Shown: positions 19,012-28,544, counted from the stretch's first letter. The stretch: DNA of 64,000 nt from Candidatus Marinamargulisbacteria bacterium (GCA_049889215.1 JBMHDV010000004.1:30828-94827); one strand, 5' to 3'. Notes: generated by a model not told the origin, from the sequence alone. Numbers and translations are program-made.

Positions 19012-21278
19012 TCAGTAATGTTGTAACCCTGTTCCCAATCAAGCAAATAATTTACACGTTGATCATAACGACGAACTTGCTTAAAATAAAGCGCAAATTC
19101 AAAACGTTTAATTGGCTTCTTACTAACAACCATATCCTCACTATCAATAACCCCCGAATTATTTAGCATTTTAAACGCATCAGCTAACGATACTTTGTCA
19201 TTTGGTTTAAAGGTACCATCAGCAAATGCAAATGTGATCCCTGCGTCAACGGCAGCAGATATTAGTCCCGCATCTGGATCTGTTTTTGGAACATCTAAAA
19301 ACGGATCAAAATCAAGCTGTTTAGGTTCAACATCCAATTGTCGTGCAATCGCCAGGGTTACATCACGACGAGTCATTTCTTCGTCGGGATGAAACAAGCC
19401 ATCATCCTTACCATCAACGAATCCCAATGTCGCTAAAAACTCAATATCTCGTCGATACTTTGCAAACTTTGGAATGTCAGGAAATCGCTTCATACACAAC
19501 AATCTTGCGTGATACCGCATACGCTGACCATTTTGTGTTTTAACATCAATAAAGACTATTTGCTTGCCATAATCAAGTTCAATGGACGATGAAAAAGCAT
19601 TATTTTTATCTGTTTCCAAACGTTTTCCATTCACAGATATCTCTTCTACATATGGTGATGCATATCCCAATACTGTTATCGCATCATTGTATACAACTGT
19701 TTGATCTGACGGGAAAATCGGTTCGACAAAAAATGAAACTGACGATGTGGGTGCTTGATTCCCAATTTTATCTGCAGCAATAATATCAAACGCTAACATT
19801 TTATCAGGAAGCGGAGCACCTGTTTGAAGAGATTCAGGGAGGTCAACCACCGCAGAATAACGGTTTTTACCTATTTCTTTTAATTGAATAACTTGATTCC
19901 CTGAAACCAATTTGGCTTGGGAAAGTGGTTCATTTGAATGTAATTCAACCGCAACTCTATTTTGAAGTGCATTCACTATTGGGGTGATTTCAGGTGGTGT
20001 TTGATCGTAATGAATCACAACAGGGATTGATGGTTTTGAAAGATCCTTATTCCCTGATTTGGATCGAAATGTAATATGATTATAGCCAGAGTTGATGTAA
20101 AGGTCGTTGACCTCCCACTTCCCATTATTATCAGCACGAACTTGGCCAATTAAACTCGCGCCATTATAAATATACAACATTGCATTTCGGTCAGATGTTC
20201 CATTAAAATCAACGAAAGCTGAACTTGTTTCTAAAGATTTTTCTGGTGTAAGTACAATGGGTCGAGAGTCTGTTGATTGTCCCAGAAATGATAAACTAAT
20301 GGTATGAGATGCATCATCTGAGCGAGGAAATGGATACATTGTATAGTTATAATCAAGGTTCATCCCATAGATACTATTACCAAATCCAGCAACACGATCT
20401 AAAAAGAGTCCCATACCGAAGTGATAAACAAACTGTTGTTCCTGCAAGAAATCATAAGTCGTAGACCCTCTTAATTTTAATGAATCACCCAAGGACTGTT
20501 CCAAACCAATCATAAAATCCCGAATTCGCAATGTTTGAGCATAAACACCGGTATGCAAAACTGTTGTGTAATTTAACATGGTTATTTTTGCACCTGCATA
20601 CAATTGTCGTTCCATTTGTTGCTCCTGAGATGTGCCAATCGTCGAATCATATTCCCATGCAGGTAAATTTGTAGACAAAGCACCAATAATGGATGAGCCA
20701 AAATCAATCCGGTTAAATAGCCCTGAATCAAAAAAAGAAGTACCAATAAATCCCACGTCCAATCCATATGCGGGTGAACGACGAGTTGATCCAATGACTT
20801 GGCTTAACACACTTATACCAAACCCATAGTTAAAATAATCTGCAAATAAAAAGCCTTCGTTTAACTTACGACCATAACCAAAATGTAAAACATCAAATCC
20901 AGAAGAGAATGAACCAACATCATACACTACATTATTTACCAATGATGTTTGGATGAACCCTGCGGTAACATTCGATCCATAAGCGATTGAAAAAACATGA
21001 TCATTTGTAGGAAAAACAGCGATAACATGACGATAATCAAATTGAGCGGATAACTGATAGTTTGAAATGGAGAATTGATTAAATGAAATACCACCCAAGG
21101 ACGCAGGATTAACCATCACGTTTCCAATTGCCGCGGATTCATAAGGCGTAATTCTACCGAACGAAGCTTCTCGAGCGGATGTCATCGATGTCTGGATATT
21201 TAGTGCTGGCATTTGAGTAGACGATACGCTCTGTATCGAAAAAACAATCACCAATAACGCAATACACCTAACCATCAT
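19008..21278 (-). CDS. Outer-membrane protein: N-terminal PorV/FadL-like beta-barrel, three Ig-like domains and C-terminal SLH domains
   Basis: Signal peptide MMVRCIALLVIVFSIQSVSS. The PorV-like N-terminal signature is SAREASFG..ESAAIGNVMVNPASL, followed by ~300 aa of alternating Y/F/G-rich strands. Ig-like segments follow (DFNGTSDRNAMLYIYNGASLIGQVRADNNGKWEV). Two clear SLH motifs are present: FPDIP..YRRDIEFLATLGFVDGKDDGLFHPDEEMTRRDVTLAIARQL and FLDVPKTDPDAGLISAAVDAGITFAFADGTFKPNDKVSLADAFKML. Confidence 0.75.
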   Translation of the reverse strand: MMVRCIALLVIVFSIQSVSSTQMPALNIQTSMTSAREASFGRITPYESAAIGNVMVNPASLGGISFNQFSISNYQLSAQFDYRHVIAVFPTNDHVFSIAYGSNVTAGFIQTSLVNNVVYDVGSFSSGFDVLHFGYGRKLNEGFLFADYFNYGFGISVLSQVIGSTRRSPAYGLDVGFIGTSFFDSGLFNRIDFGSSIIGALSTNLPAWEYDSTIGTSQEQQMERQLYAGAKITMLNYTTVLHTGVYAQTLRIRDFMIGLEQSLGDSLKLRGSTTYDFLQEQQFVYHFGMGLFLDRVAGFGNSIYGMNLDYNYTMYPFPRSDDASHTISLSFLGQSTDSRPIVLTPEKSLETSSAFVDFNGTSDRNAMLYIYNGASLIGQVRADNNGKWEVNDLYINSGYNHITFRSKSGNKDLSKPSIPVVIHYDQTPPEITPIVNALQNRVAVELHSNEPLSQAKLVSGNQVIQLKEIGKNRYSAVVDLPESLQTGAPLPDKMLAFDIIAADKIGNQAPTSSVSFFVEPIFPSDQTVVYNDAITVLGYASPYVEEISVNGKRLETDKNNAFSSSIELDYGKQIVFIDVKTQNGQRMRYHARLLCMKRFPDIPKFAKYRRDIEFLATLGFVDGKDDGLFHPDEEMTRRDVTLAIARQLDVEPKQLDFDPFLDVPKTDPDAGLISAAVDAGITFAFADGTFKPNDKVSLADAFKMLNNSGVIDSEDMVVSKKPIKRFEFALYFKQVRRYDQRVNYLLDWEQGYNITD

Positions 21279-24200
21279 TAATACACCGCCAACTTGGTTG
21301 TTGAAACCACACGTTTACCATCATTTCCAACAGCTGTCATTTTAATGTAATAATTTCCAGCACTAATAAATTTTCCATTTGATAATAATTTTGCAGGCCA
21401 TTTTTTTATTTGATAATCAAGATCAAATGGTTCAGAATCTAGTCGGGTTACTTCACGACCAGTTGAATCAAATATTTTAAAACTTACTGATGCTGGCTGA
21501 GTCAGAGAAAACCCGATGGTTAAGCCATCGGTCTGAATGGAAGGAGAATATGGATTCGGATAAACCAAAAGTTTCTCTATTTGTAATTCTGAACTTGTAA
21601 AAAACACTATTGGAGCTTGTGGATAGGCTTGGCCAAATAAATCATTGGCCATGATTGTAACTTGACCACTACTTTGTCCAATAGACTGGATAATCAATTC
21701 CCCTTTTGTTACGTCATAACTGAAGTAATTATCAGATGATCCTGATGAGATTTGAGATTCAGCAGGCAACAACTGTCCATTTAATTGCACTTGAATACTC
21801 GACGGATCAACATCGTGGCCTTTATTAGCGAATGTTAACTTAAGCTCTGCATTTTGAGGAACAGATTGATAATTTTTAAATGGCATGAATTGATTATTAA
21901 CCTGTATTTGCGCCGAAGAAACATACCCAGGGAGTGTCCATGAATAAACCTTATTGGTTGTCGAGATTGATGGCGTTATTTTCGTTCCAGTTGTACCACT
22001 AAACGATACAGCTGATTGAAAGTTAGTTCCCGCACCTTTGGATCGAGTTAACCGTGATGGGTGTTCCAAATAACACTTACCTGCACAATCTGTATCTTGA
22101 ACAACATAATCAACATCGTAATCAATTAGATAATTCCCTTCAGAGGTAATGTCAGCTGCCGAAACTTGAAATACAAGCTGCTTTGTAGCTGGCGAAATAA
22201 ATGGATCAATAAACCCAATACCACTTCCAACACCTGATTTAAATGTCGATGAAAATTCATAACTACGATCTTTTCCTTTAACACCGTCCAAATAAAATTT
22301 GGGGCCACCCACTGGGGCACCTGCATCTGCTGAAATTTTCACAGGTGATTCAGTACTTTCTGCAGTTATAACGGTTGTAACATCAAATACAGAGTCCTGT
22401 GTGATCACATTTGAATCAGAAATGTCAGATGACAGGCTTGTAACTTTTAGTAAATGAGGCTCAACATCATACGTATACGGGGTTGGCGGGTTCGGCACCA
22501 TTCCAGCAACAACACCGCCATCCATAGAAATATTTGATAATTGAATGGATAAAGCATCATCAGCTTGGTTAACACGTTGCCCCAAATCAAACAATAATAA
22601 TAATTTTTGACCTGTACCTTGAGGTAAAGAAACATTGGAAATGGTTGCAAGCGACGCTGAACTAAATGATGACGTGGAACTTAAAAACACATCCGTAGAG
22701 TCCAATACCCCGTTTAAGTTTTTATCTAAGTATAGAGACAATTTGGATACCCCATTGCTATTTTCACTAAAATAACCAGGAGACTTAAATTCAAATGAGG
22801 CATTTGTTACTTGTCGGTAAACATCAACATCAAACACATACATCAAAACATCATACATTCCGGCAACCAATCGGTAAGTAGCACCGCCGCCTAAAGAACA
22901 GTCTGCTTGTTCAGAGGTATTACAAAATAGGCCAACATCTTTATCCAAAATAATACCATCATTAGAATCAATTTTTGCATCCAACGGTGTTTTTACTAAA
23001 AAGTCGGGATCAACAACGGTGATGTCTTGTGTTGGAGTGACACTTAATGGAAATGAAGATCCAATACTAATATCAGTGCCTGTAAAACTGGCTTTAGTAT
23101 CAACACTTATATTCAGACTTACGGATTGACCAGCACTCATATTTGATCCAAAATCAGCCAGAATATAAAAAGTTTGTTCAACACCACTAGCTACATCAAC
23201 CTTAACATTATCATATGTAAATGTTCCTTTAGATGAATCATTGATTAAGAAGTCAACCTCTAAATCCTCATCTAAATTTGGATTATTACCAGGACCATCT
23301 TTCCCATAGCCACTATACTCACCACCACTATCATCCTTAATCCATTTTAAATCTGTTATTCCGGTATTATTCCCATTTGAGTCAAATGATTTTGAGTCAT
23401 TAGATATCACCAATGTTCTAAGTCGAGTAGTAATGCCAACCGATTTCGCTACAAATTTTAAAATGGGAATATCCGTTAATCCCGCGGCAACATTCATGCT
23501 GGGAAAAATATTTTCAATTGATTTAATGATCATACCGGCCAAAGACACCGATCGATTGTTAAAATCTTTAGCAGCAACATTCAGTGGCCCATATGAATAA
23601 TTGGAATTTACACCATTACCAGTAATGGTTGATACCTTAGCATTAATTTGAGTCACAACATCGTTAACTTCGATATTTGTACTAGGACCAAGGTCAACCA
23701 CGACATAAAACGTTGTCGCTGCTGTAATTTTTCGATTATCGCCATCATCTGACGAAAACGAAAACGTTGCTAAGGAAGTTGAATTAAATGTAACTGGATC
23801 ATTTTCCGTATTGGTAATCGACTTTAGCAATGTATCATCATCTTTATTAAAGTCAGCACCACTTGTTTCTTTATATAAATGAAGGCCAGAAACACCATTA
23901 TTAGAACCTGTAGAATCAAACGTTGAAGCACTGTTGGATATTGAAATATTCTCAATGAAATACCCTTCAGAATCAGGCGTTAGTTGAAATTGAAGCATTT
24001 TAAACTTTGTCGCATCTGAGTCATATATTAAATTAGTCGTACCTGACAAATCTGTAAAAGATGCATCCACACCAACAATATCGATATCTGCTTCACTTAC
24101 CGTAATTGCCCCTGTATTATCCTCTGTTACATCAATTGTCATTTCATCTGCAATTGAAGTTGTTGTCCCTGTTGTAAATACAAGTAAAATTGTTTTTGTG

Positions 24201-24565
24201 GTAGTTGTAATTGATTCATTAATGGTAAATGTAATAGTATTTGTAGCGCTCGAGGTATAGTCTGTTGTAGTTGCTGAAATTTTAGTATCCCCAGAATCAA
24301 ACAACAAATCTCCATCATCAAAATACAAGCTTAAATCAGTAATTTTATCGAGTCCTGTGGTATGAAAATCAGTACCATCACTTGTAATTTTTATTGAAGT
24401 AAGACTATCAGTACCGTCAGAGACGACCGTAAAAAACAATGCACCAGTCGGTTCACCACGAACCACTCTACCTGAATTAATTTGGGTAAGTCCCGTGTAA
24501 CTTAATACAGCAAACCCATCAACCGAAAAAAGCAATAAGAATAAGCCAATAAGTAAGCGCTTCAT
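21278..24565 (-). CDS. Secreted 1095-aa repeat protein with a C-terminal FlgD-Ig-like / T9SS-type sorting domain
   Basis: Signal peptide MKRLLIGLFLLLFSVDGFA. Four internal ~170-190-aa modules are followed by Ig-like segments. The C-terminus reads LLVYPNPYSPS..LTIGFSLTQPASVSFKIFDSTGREVTRL..AGNYYIKMTAVGNDGKRVVSTTKLAVY. The start abuts the yebC stop (TAGATG) and the stop overlaps the next start (TAATG). Confidence 0.8.
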   Translation of the reverse strand: MKRLLIGLFLLLFSVDGFAVLSYTGLTQINSGRVVRGEPTGALFFTVVSDGTDSLTSIKITSDGTDFHTTGLDKITDLSLYFDDGDLLFDSGDTKISATTTDYTSSATNTITFTINESITTTTKTILLVFTTGTTTSIADEMTIDVTEDNTGAITVSEADIDIVGVDASFTDLSGTTNLIYDSDATKFKMLQFQLTPDSEGYFIENISISNSASTFDSTGSNNGVSGLHLYKETSGADFNKDDDTLLKSITNTENDPVTFNSTSLATFSFSSDDGDNRKITAATTFYVVVDLGPSTNIEVNDVVTQINAKVSTITGNGVNSNYSYGPLNVAAKDFNNRSVSLAGMIIKSIENIFPSMNVAAGLTDIPILKFVAKSVGITTRLRTLVISNDSKSFDSNGNNTGITDLKWIKDDSGGEYSGYGKDGPGNNPNLDEDLEVDFLINDSSKGTFTYDNVKVDVASGVEQTFYILADFGSNMSAGQSVSLNISVDTKASFTGTDISIGSSFPLSVTPTQDITVVDPDFLVKTPLDAKIDSNDGIILDKDVGLFCNTSEQADCSLGGGATYRLVAGMYDVLMYVFDVDVYRQVTNASFEFKSPGYFSENSNGVSKLSLYLDKNLNGVLDSTDVFLSSTSSFSSASLATISNVSLPQGTGQKLLLLFDLGQRVNQADDALSIQLSNISMDGGVVAGMVPNPPTPYTYDVEPHLLKVTSLSSDISDSNVITQDSVFDVTTVITAESTESPVKISADAGAPVGGPKFYLDGVKGKDRSYEFSSTFKSGVGSGIGFIDPFISPATKQLVFQVSAADITSEGNYLIDYDVDYVVQDTDCAGKCYLEHPSRLTRSKGAGTNFQSAVSFSGTTGTKITPSISTTNKVYSWTLPGYVSSAQIQVNNQFMPFKNYQSVPQNAELKLTFANKGHDVDPSSIQVQLNGQLLPAESQISSGSSDNYFSYDVTKGELIIQSIGQSSGQVTIMANDLFGQAYPQAPIVFFTSSELQIEKLLVYPNPYSPSIQTDGLTIGFSLTQPASVSFKIFDSTGREVTRLDSEPFDLDYQIKKWPAKLLSNGKFISAGNYYIKMTAVGNDGKRVVSTTKLAVY

Positions 24566-25306
24566 CTACCCCTCCACCGCCTCATCGGGAATATCTGCAT
24601 TATGAAAAACGTCTTGGATATCGTCATCGTCTTCCAACTTATCGATGAGTTTTAAAAAACCCTTTGCTTTTTCTACATCCAATAAAATACGCGTTTGTGG
24701 CACCATTTCGATTGATGCGTCTAAATATGTGGTTGATGCATCGTTAAATGCGGTAACAACAGACTCAAAATCATCCGGCATCGTGGTCACTTCAACGGAA
24801 CCATCTTCTTGTATATCCACATCATCGGCACCCGACTCAATCGCCAACTCCATTACTTGATCAGAGTCACAATCATCATCAAACACAATTACACCCTTTT
24901 TTTCAAACAAATAACTAACTGCACCAGAGCTAGCCAAACTACCGCCCGCTTTCGATAATGCAGCGCGAACATTTGGCACCGTACGGTTTTTATTATCTGT
25001 TAACGATCGAATCAAGATGGCCACCCCACCTGGTGCGTAGGCTTCGTAAACAATTTCCTCTAAATCATTGCCCTCACCAGTACCAGCCCCTTTTTCAATC
25101 GCACGCTGAATATTATCTTTGGGCATATTCACATCCCGAGCTTTTTGAATGGCTAAACGCAAGGCTGGATTCATGTCAGGATTTGCACCACCCTGACGCG
25201 CAGCAATGGTAATATCACGCCCAACTTTAGAAAAAGCTTTGCCCTTTTTGGCATCTTCTTTTGCCTTTATATGCTTAACTTTCGACCATTTATTATGACC
25301 GGCCAT
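24566..25306 (-). CDS. yebC: YebC/PmpR family DNA-binding regulatory protein
   Basis: MAGHNKWSKVKHIKAKEDAKKGKAFSK... is the canonical YebC N-terminus. Length is the expected 246 aa, and GGAGA lies 9 nt upstream of the ATG. Confidence 0.95.
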   Translation of the reverse strand: MAGHNKWSKVKHIKAKEDAKKGKAFSKVGRDITIAARQGGANPDMNPALRLAIQKARDVNMPKDNIQRAIEKGAGTGEGNDLEEIVYEAYAPGGVAILIRSLTDNKNRTVPNVRAALSKAGGSLASSGAVSYLFEKKGVIVFDDDCDSDQVMELAIESGADDVDIQEDGSVEVTTMPDDFESVVTAFNDASTTYLDASIEMVPQTRILLDVEKAKGFLKLIDKLEDDDDIQDVFHNADIPDEAVEG

Positions 25307-25336
25307 GTAATGTTATCTCCATATGAAACTACAAAA

Positions 25337-25366
25337 ATTATACGTGACAACGCACAATTTAGTCAA
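25337..25366 (-). promoter_or_regulatory. Near-consensus sigma70-type promoter upstream of yebC
   Basis: The minus strand reads TTGACT-18 nt-TATAAT. The -10 element ends ~30 nt upstream of the yebC ATG (25306), and a GGAGA Shine-Dalgarno lies between them. Confidence 0.6.
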
Positions 25367-25444
25367 AAAAAGCTGAAAAAAAATTTGTTGAAATTGCATT
25401 GCAAGCCCCTTACACCATTTATATCGTAAAAAATCAGCGGTAAG

Positions 25445-26026
25445 ATGCATGTTTATTTAAGGTTGCTTAACCGCTATTCAATTGCATATGATAAAGTCAT
25501 GATTCAGTTCAATTTACCAGATAATGTAATGACACACACCCCCAACATTCATCCCGAAGCATTTATAGCCGCAGGCGCACAAGTCATGGGAAACGTGGTG
25601 TTAAAAAAAGACGCATCCATTTGGTACAACGCAGTACTACGTGGCGATATTAATCAGATTGTGATTGGCGAACGATCGAACATTCAAGATGGCTGTATTT
25701 TACACCTCGAAAACGACCTGCCCTGCATTGTTGAAAATGATGTCACGGTTGGGCATCACGTTAATTTACATGGATGCCACGTAGAAGAGTGTTGTCTTAT
25801 TGGTATTGGAGCAATTATTCTTTCCGGGGCTAAAATTGGTCGTGGAAGCATTATTGGGGCCGGTGCAGTTGTTCTAGAAAATCAAGTCATACCACCCTTT
25901 TCACTCGTCGTTGGAACTCCCGGGAAAGTCATCAAGTCCACCCCAGAAGACACCATTGAAAAACAACAGAAATGGGCAAAAAAGTACGTCGATTTATCTA
26001 AAGTACATAAAAAAAGCCAAAAATAG
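25445..26026 (+). CDS. Gamma-carbonic-anhydrase-like hexapeptide-repeat protein (YrdA/PaaY family)
   Basis: HPEAFIAAGAQVMGNVVLKKDASIWYNAVLRGDINQIVIGERSNIQDGCILH..VTVGHHVNLHGC. The true start is probably an internal ATG (25499 or 25529). Confidence 0.8.
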   Translation: MHVYLRLLNRYSIAYDKVMIQFNLPDNVMTHTPNIHPEAFIAAGAQVMGNVVLKKDASIWYNAVLRGDINQIVIGERSNIQDGCILHLENDLPCIVENDVTVGHHVNLHGCHVEECCLIGIGAIILSGAKIGRGSIIGAGAVVLENQVIPPFSLVVGTPGKVIKSTPEDTIEKQQKWAKKYVDLSKVHKKSQK

Positions 26027-26227
26027 GTCCAAAAAAGATGTTTTTGGCAAAATTTAGATCAATACCAATCATTTTTATCGAAAAATAACGATTTTATCAA
26101 TTTTAAAATATCAGACCAAACATCTACCATTGGTTATTACCCAGATCAATTACACTATTAAAAAACTACAAAAATGGGCAAAAAAGCACCTTTAATTATC
26201 AAACGTGCACAAAAAACAACAAAATGA
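25961..26227 (+). repeat. Degenerate ~200-bp direct duplication: the gene's 3' end (25961..26026) is repeated as a relic at 26161..26227
   Basis: aaacaacagaaatgggcaaaaaagtacgtcgatttatctaaagtacataaaaaaagccaaaaatag versus aaactacaaaaatgggcaaaaaagcacctttaattatcaaacgtgcacaaaaaacaacaaaatga. The offset is exactly 200 nt. The second copy has an in-frame stop. Confidence 0.7.
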
Positions 26228-26310
26228 CGCTAAAAGCCAACGCCTTTATTAAAGAAAAGCCATTTTTTTATCAAAAAAAGAAACAAAATAGCACTTTAAA
26301 TTAACAATTA

Positions 26311-27639
26311 CTACTTGAGGGACAGTGCCACAACACACTCAATATGCGGTGTATGACAAAACATATCCACCCCCTGAATGGACTCAATTACATACCCGCC
26401 AGCCACCAAATCTCGTAAATCACGCCCCAATGTATCCGGGTAACAAGATACGTAAATAATTTGATCCAGTCGATTTTGAACGATTCCAGCCAAGACTGAG
26501 GAATGGCACCCCTGGCGAGGTGGATCTAAAATGACCGTTGCAGGGCCAGAAGGCAACTGATCCAAATAATCAATGACATCACAGCATTCAAATTGAGCCG
26601 TCACCGCATTTTTAGCTGCATTTGCCCGAGCATCTTCAATCGCTGCAGGATTAAAATCAACACCAATAACACCAGAATAAAATTTGGCCACGGAGCAAGT
26701 TAAAATACCGGTCCCACAATACAAGTCCAAAACTCGATCATGCTGAATCTGCTTCACAATGGTTTGATACAAACGGTTGACCAAAACACCGTTGGCTTGC
26801 ATGAATGATCCCGGCAACACACGGCAGGTACACCCATGCACCACATCCTCGATATATTCATCACCCCAGGCACAAATTAAATCATCACCCAATACATTAT
26901 CCACGGTTTTGTCCCCTTGAACGGATGTATAAATACTGGTCATCCCAGGCAGGTCTTTAAGCCCATCAATTAATGTCGATAAATCATACGATTGTGCGGT
27001 GGTAATCATCACCATCAATTGCCCGGTGACGTACGAATGCCGAATGCTAACATGCCGTAACACACCTTCTCCGGTTTGCTCGTTAAATACCGGTATAGGA
27101 AATTGCTGATGCCACGCCTTAATTTCAACCAAAACACGGTTCATCGGCGCACTCATTACCTCACAATAGTGAACATCAACCACACGGTGTGAGCGTGGCG
27201 CATACATGCCAATCGTTAAGCCTTGTGGGCCCATCCCAAATGCAAATTGCATTTTATTACGTGTTGCCCACTGGCGATCACCAACAATCATAGGCTGAAT
27301 TTTCACACCATCCAAATCCACATAACGCGATAATCGATCCGTTAAAAGCTTGGCCTTAAATGCGACTTGCCCATCCTGGGACTGATGCTGCAGTTGGCAC
27401 CCTCCACATTGATCAGCGACACTGCATTTTGACGCCACACGGTCCTTACTTGGCTGGTGTAGCGTTATTAACTTACCATACGTACGTCGTTTATCCACTT
27501 TAACGACTTTGAACTCGATCTCATCCCCTGGGATCACATTTGGCACATACACTGGCATATCTGCCAACCAAACAATGCCCTCCCCCTTCTTCCCTTGATC
27601 GGTTACAGTTGCACGCTGAATTGAATTTTTTTCAAGCAT
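26311..27639 (-). CDS. rlmD: 23S rRNA (uracil-5-)-methyltransferase RlmD/RumA family
   Basis: An N-terminal TRAM-like domain is followed by the Fe-S cluster cysteines (C..CGGCQLQH) and a C-terminal SAM-MTase (LDLYCGTGI; DPPRQG). Confidence 0.85.
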   Translation of the reverse strand: MLEKNSIQRATVTDQGKKGEGIVWLADMPVYVPNVIPGDEIEFKVVKVDKRRTYGKLITLHQPSKDRVASKCSVADQCGGCQLQHQSQDGQVAFKAKLLTDRLSRYVDLDGVKIQPMIVGDRQWATRNKMQFAFGMGPQGLTIGMYAPRSHRVVDVHYCEVMSAPMNRVLVEIKAWHQQFPIPVFNEQTGEGVLRHVSIRHSYVTGQLMVMITTAQSYDLSTLIDGLKDLPGMTSIYTSVQGDKTVDNVLGDDLICAWGDEYIEDVVHGCTCRVLPGSFMQANGVLVNRLYQTIVKQIQHDRVLDLYCGTGILTCSVAKFYSGVIGVDFNPAAIEDARANAAKNAVTAQFECCDVIDYLDQLPSGPATVILDPPRQGCHSSVLAGIVQNRLDQIIYVSCYPDTLGRDLRDLVAGGYVIESIQGVDMFCHTPHIECVVALSLK

Positions 27640-27667
27640 GACTTTAGCTTAACAAACCAGGCAAGAA

Positions 27668-27696
27668 TTGAATATCTTTATGAATTTATTTACAAT
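27668..27696 (+). promoter_or_regulatory. Sigma70-type promoter for the 27724 gene
   Basis: TTGAAT-17 nt-TACAAT, followed by the GAGGAG Shine-Dalgarno and ATG 27724. Confidence 0.5.
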
Positions 27697-27723
27697 TAAA
27701 GTGATCAACGTGAGGAGCAAACA

Positions 27724-28452
27724 ATGTTAATGAAAACCGCCAACCCGGCATTAAATGCACAAATTTTTAATAATGTAAAAAACTTGGACACAACCACTAG
27801 CATGACCATTCAAGGCACTGTGAATAAAACATTCATCGCCCTCATGATATTAATGGTGTCCGCAACATTCACCTGGGTCAACCCCAATGGTGGTTTAATG
27901 ATGATGGGGGCCATTGGTGGCTTTATAACAGCCATTATTACCGCCTTCAAAAAAGAATGGGCACCAACAACAACCCCCATTTATGCCGCATGCCAAGGAT
28001 TGTTTCTTGGTGGAATATCCGTGATTTTTAATCAACAATACCCCGGCATTGTGATTCAAGCCGTTTACCTCACCTTTGGGACCTTATTTGCCTTACTCAT
28101 GGCCTATGCATCGGGCAAAATCAAAGTCACTGAAAACTTTAAACTTGGCATGGTGGCAGCCACTGGCGGGCTTTTCTTTTTTATGATCATCAACATGATT
28201 TTAGGATTTTTTGGCATGGGCATTACCAGCATTTACGGCAATGGCATGATTGGCATTGGGTTTAGCTTAATTGTGGTGGGCATCGCAGCCTTAAACTTGG
28301 TCCTAGATTTTGACTTTATCGAACAAGGCGCGCAACAAGGTGCACCAAAATACATGGAATGGTACGGCGCTTTTGGGTTAATGGTCACATTGATTTGGCT
28401 GTACATCGAAATCTTGCGCTTGTTGGCAAAATTACAAAGCCGTCGCGATTAG
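27724..28452 (+). CDS. Bax inhibitor-1/YccA-like integral membrane protein
   Basis: N-terminus MKTANPALN..MTIQGTVNKTFIALMILM followed by ~7 hydrophobic helices. Length and layout match the bacterial BI-1-like family. Confidence 0.6.
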   Translation: MLMKTANPALNAQIFNNVKNLDTTTSMTIQGTVNKTFIALMILMVSATFTWVNPNGGLMMMGAIGGFITAIITAFKKEWAPTTTPIYAACQGLFLGGISVIFNQQYPGIVIQAVYLTFGTLFALLMAYASGKIKVTENFKLGMVAATGGLFFFMIINMILGFFGMGITSIYGNGMIGIGFSLIVVGIAALNLVLDFDFIEQGAQQGAPKYMEWYGAFGLMVTLIWLYIEILRLLAKLQSRRD

Positions 28453-28544
28453 TGCACATTTGTTTTCACAAATGAGTATAATCGTTTGATAAATTAACAT
28501 AACCAAATCAGGCTAATAATAACGTTAAATAGTGCGTATTTCTA

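Noticed and set aside
28457-28474. Hairpin CATTTGT-tttc-ACAAATG just after the stop of the BI-1-like gene, considered as a terminator
   Set aside because: It is a 7-bp AU-rich stem with no following U-tract, which is too weak to call.
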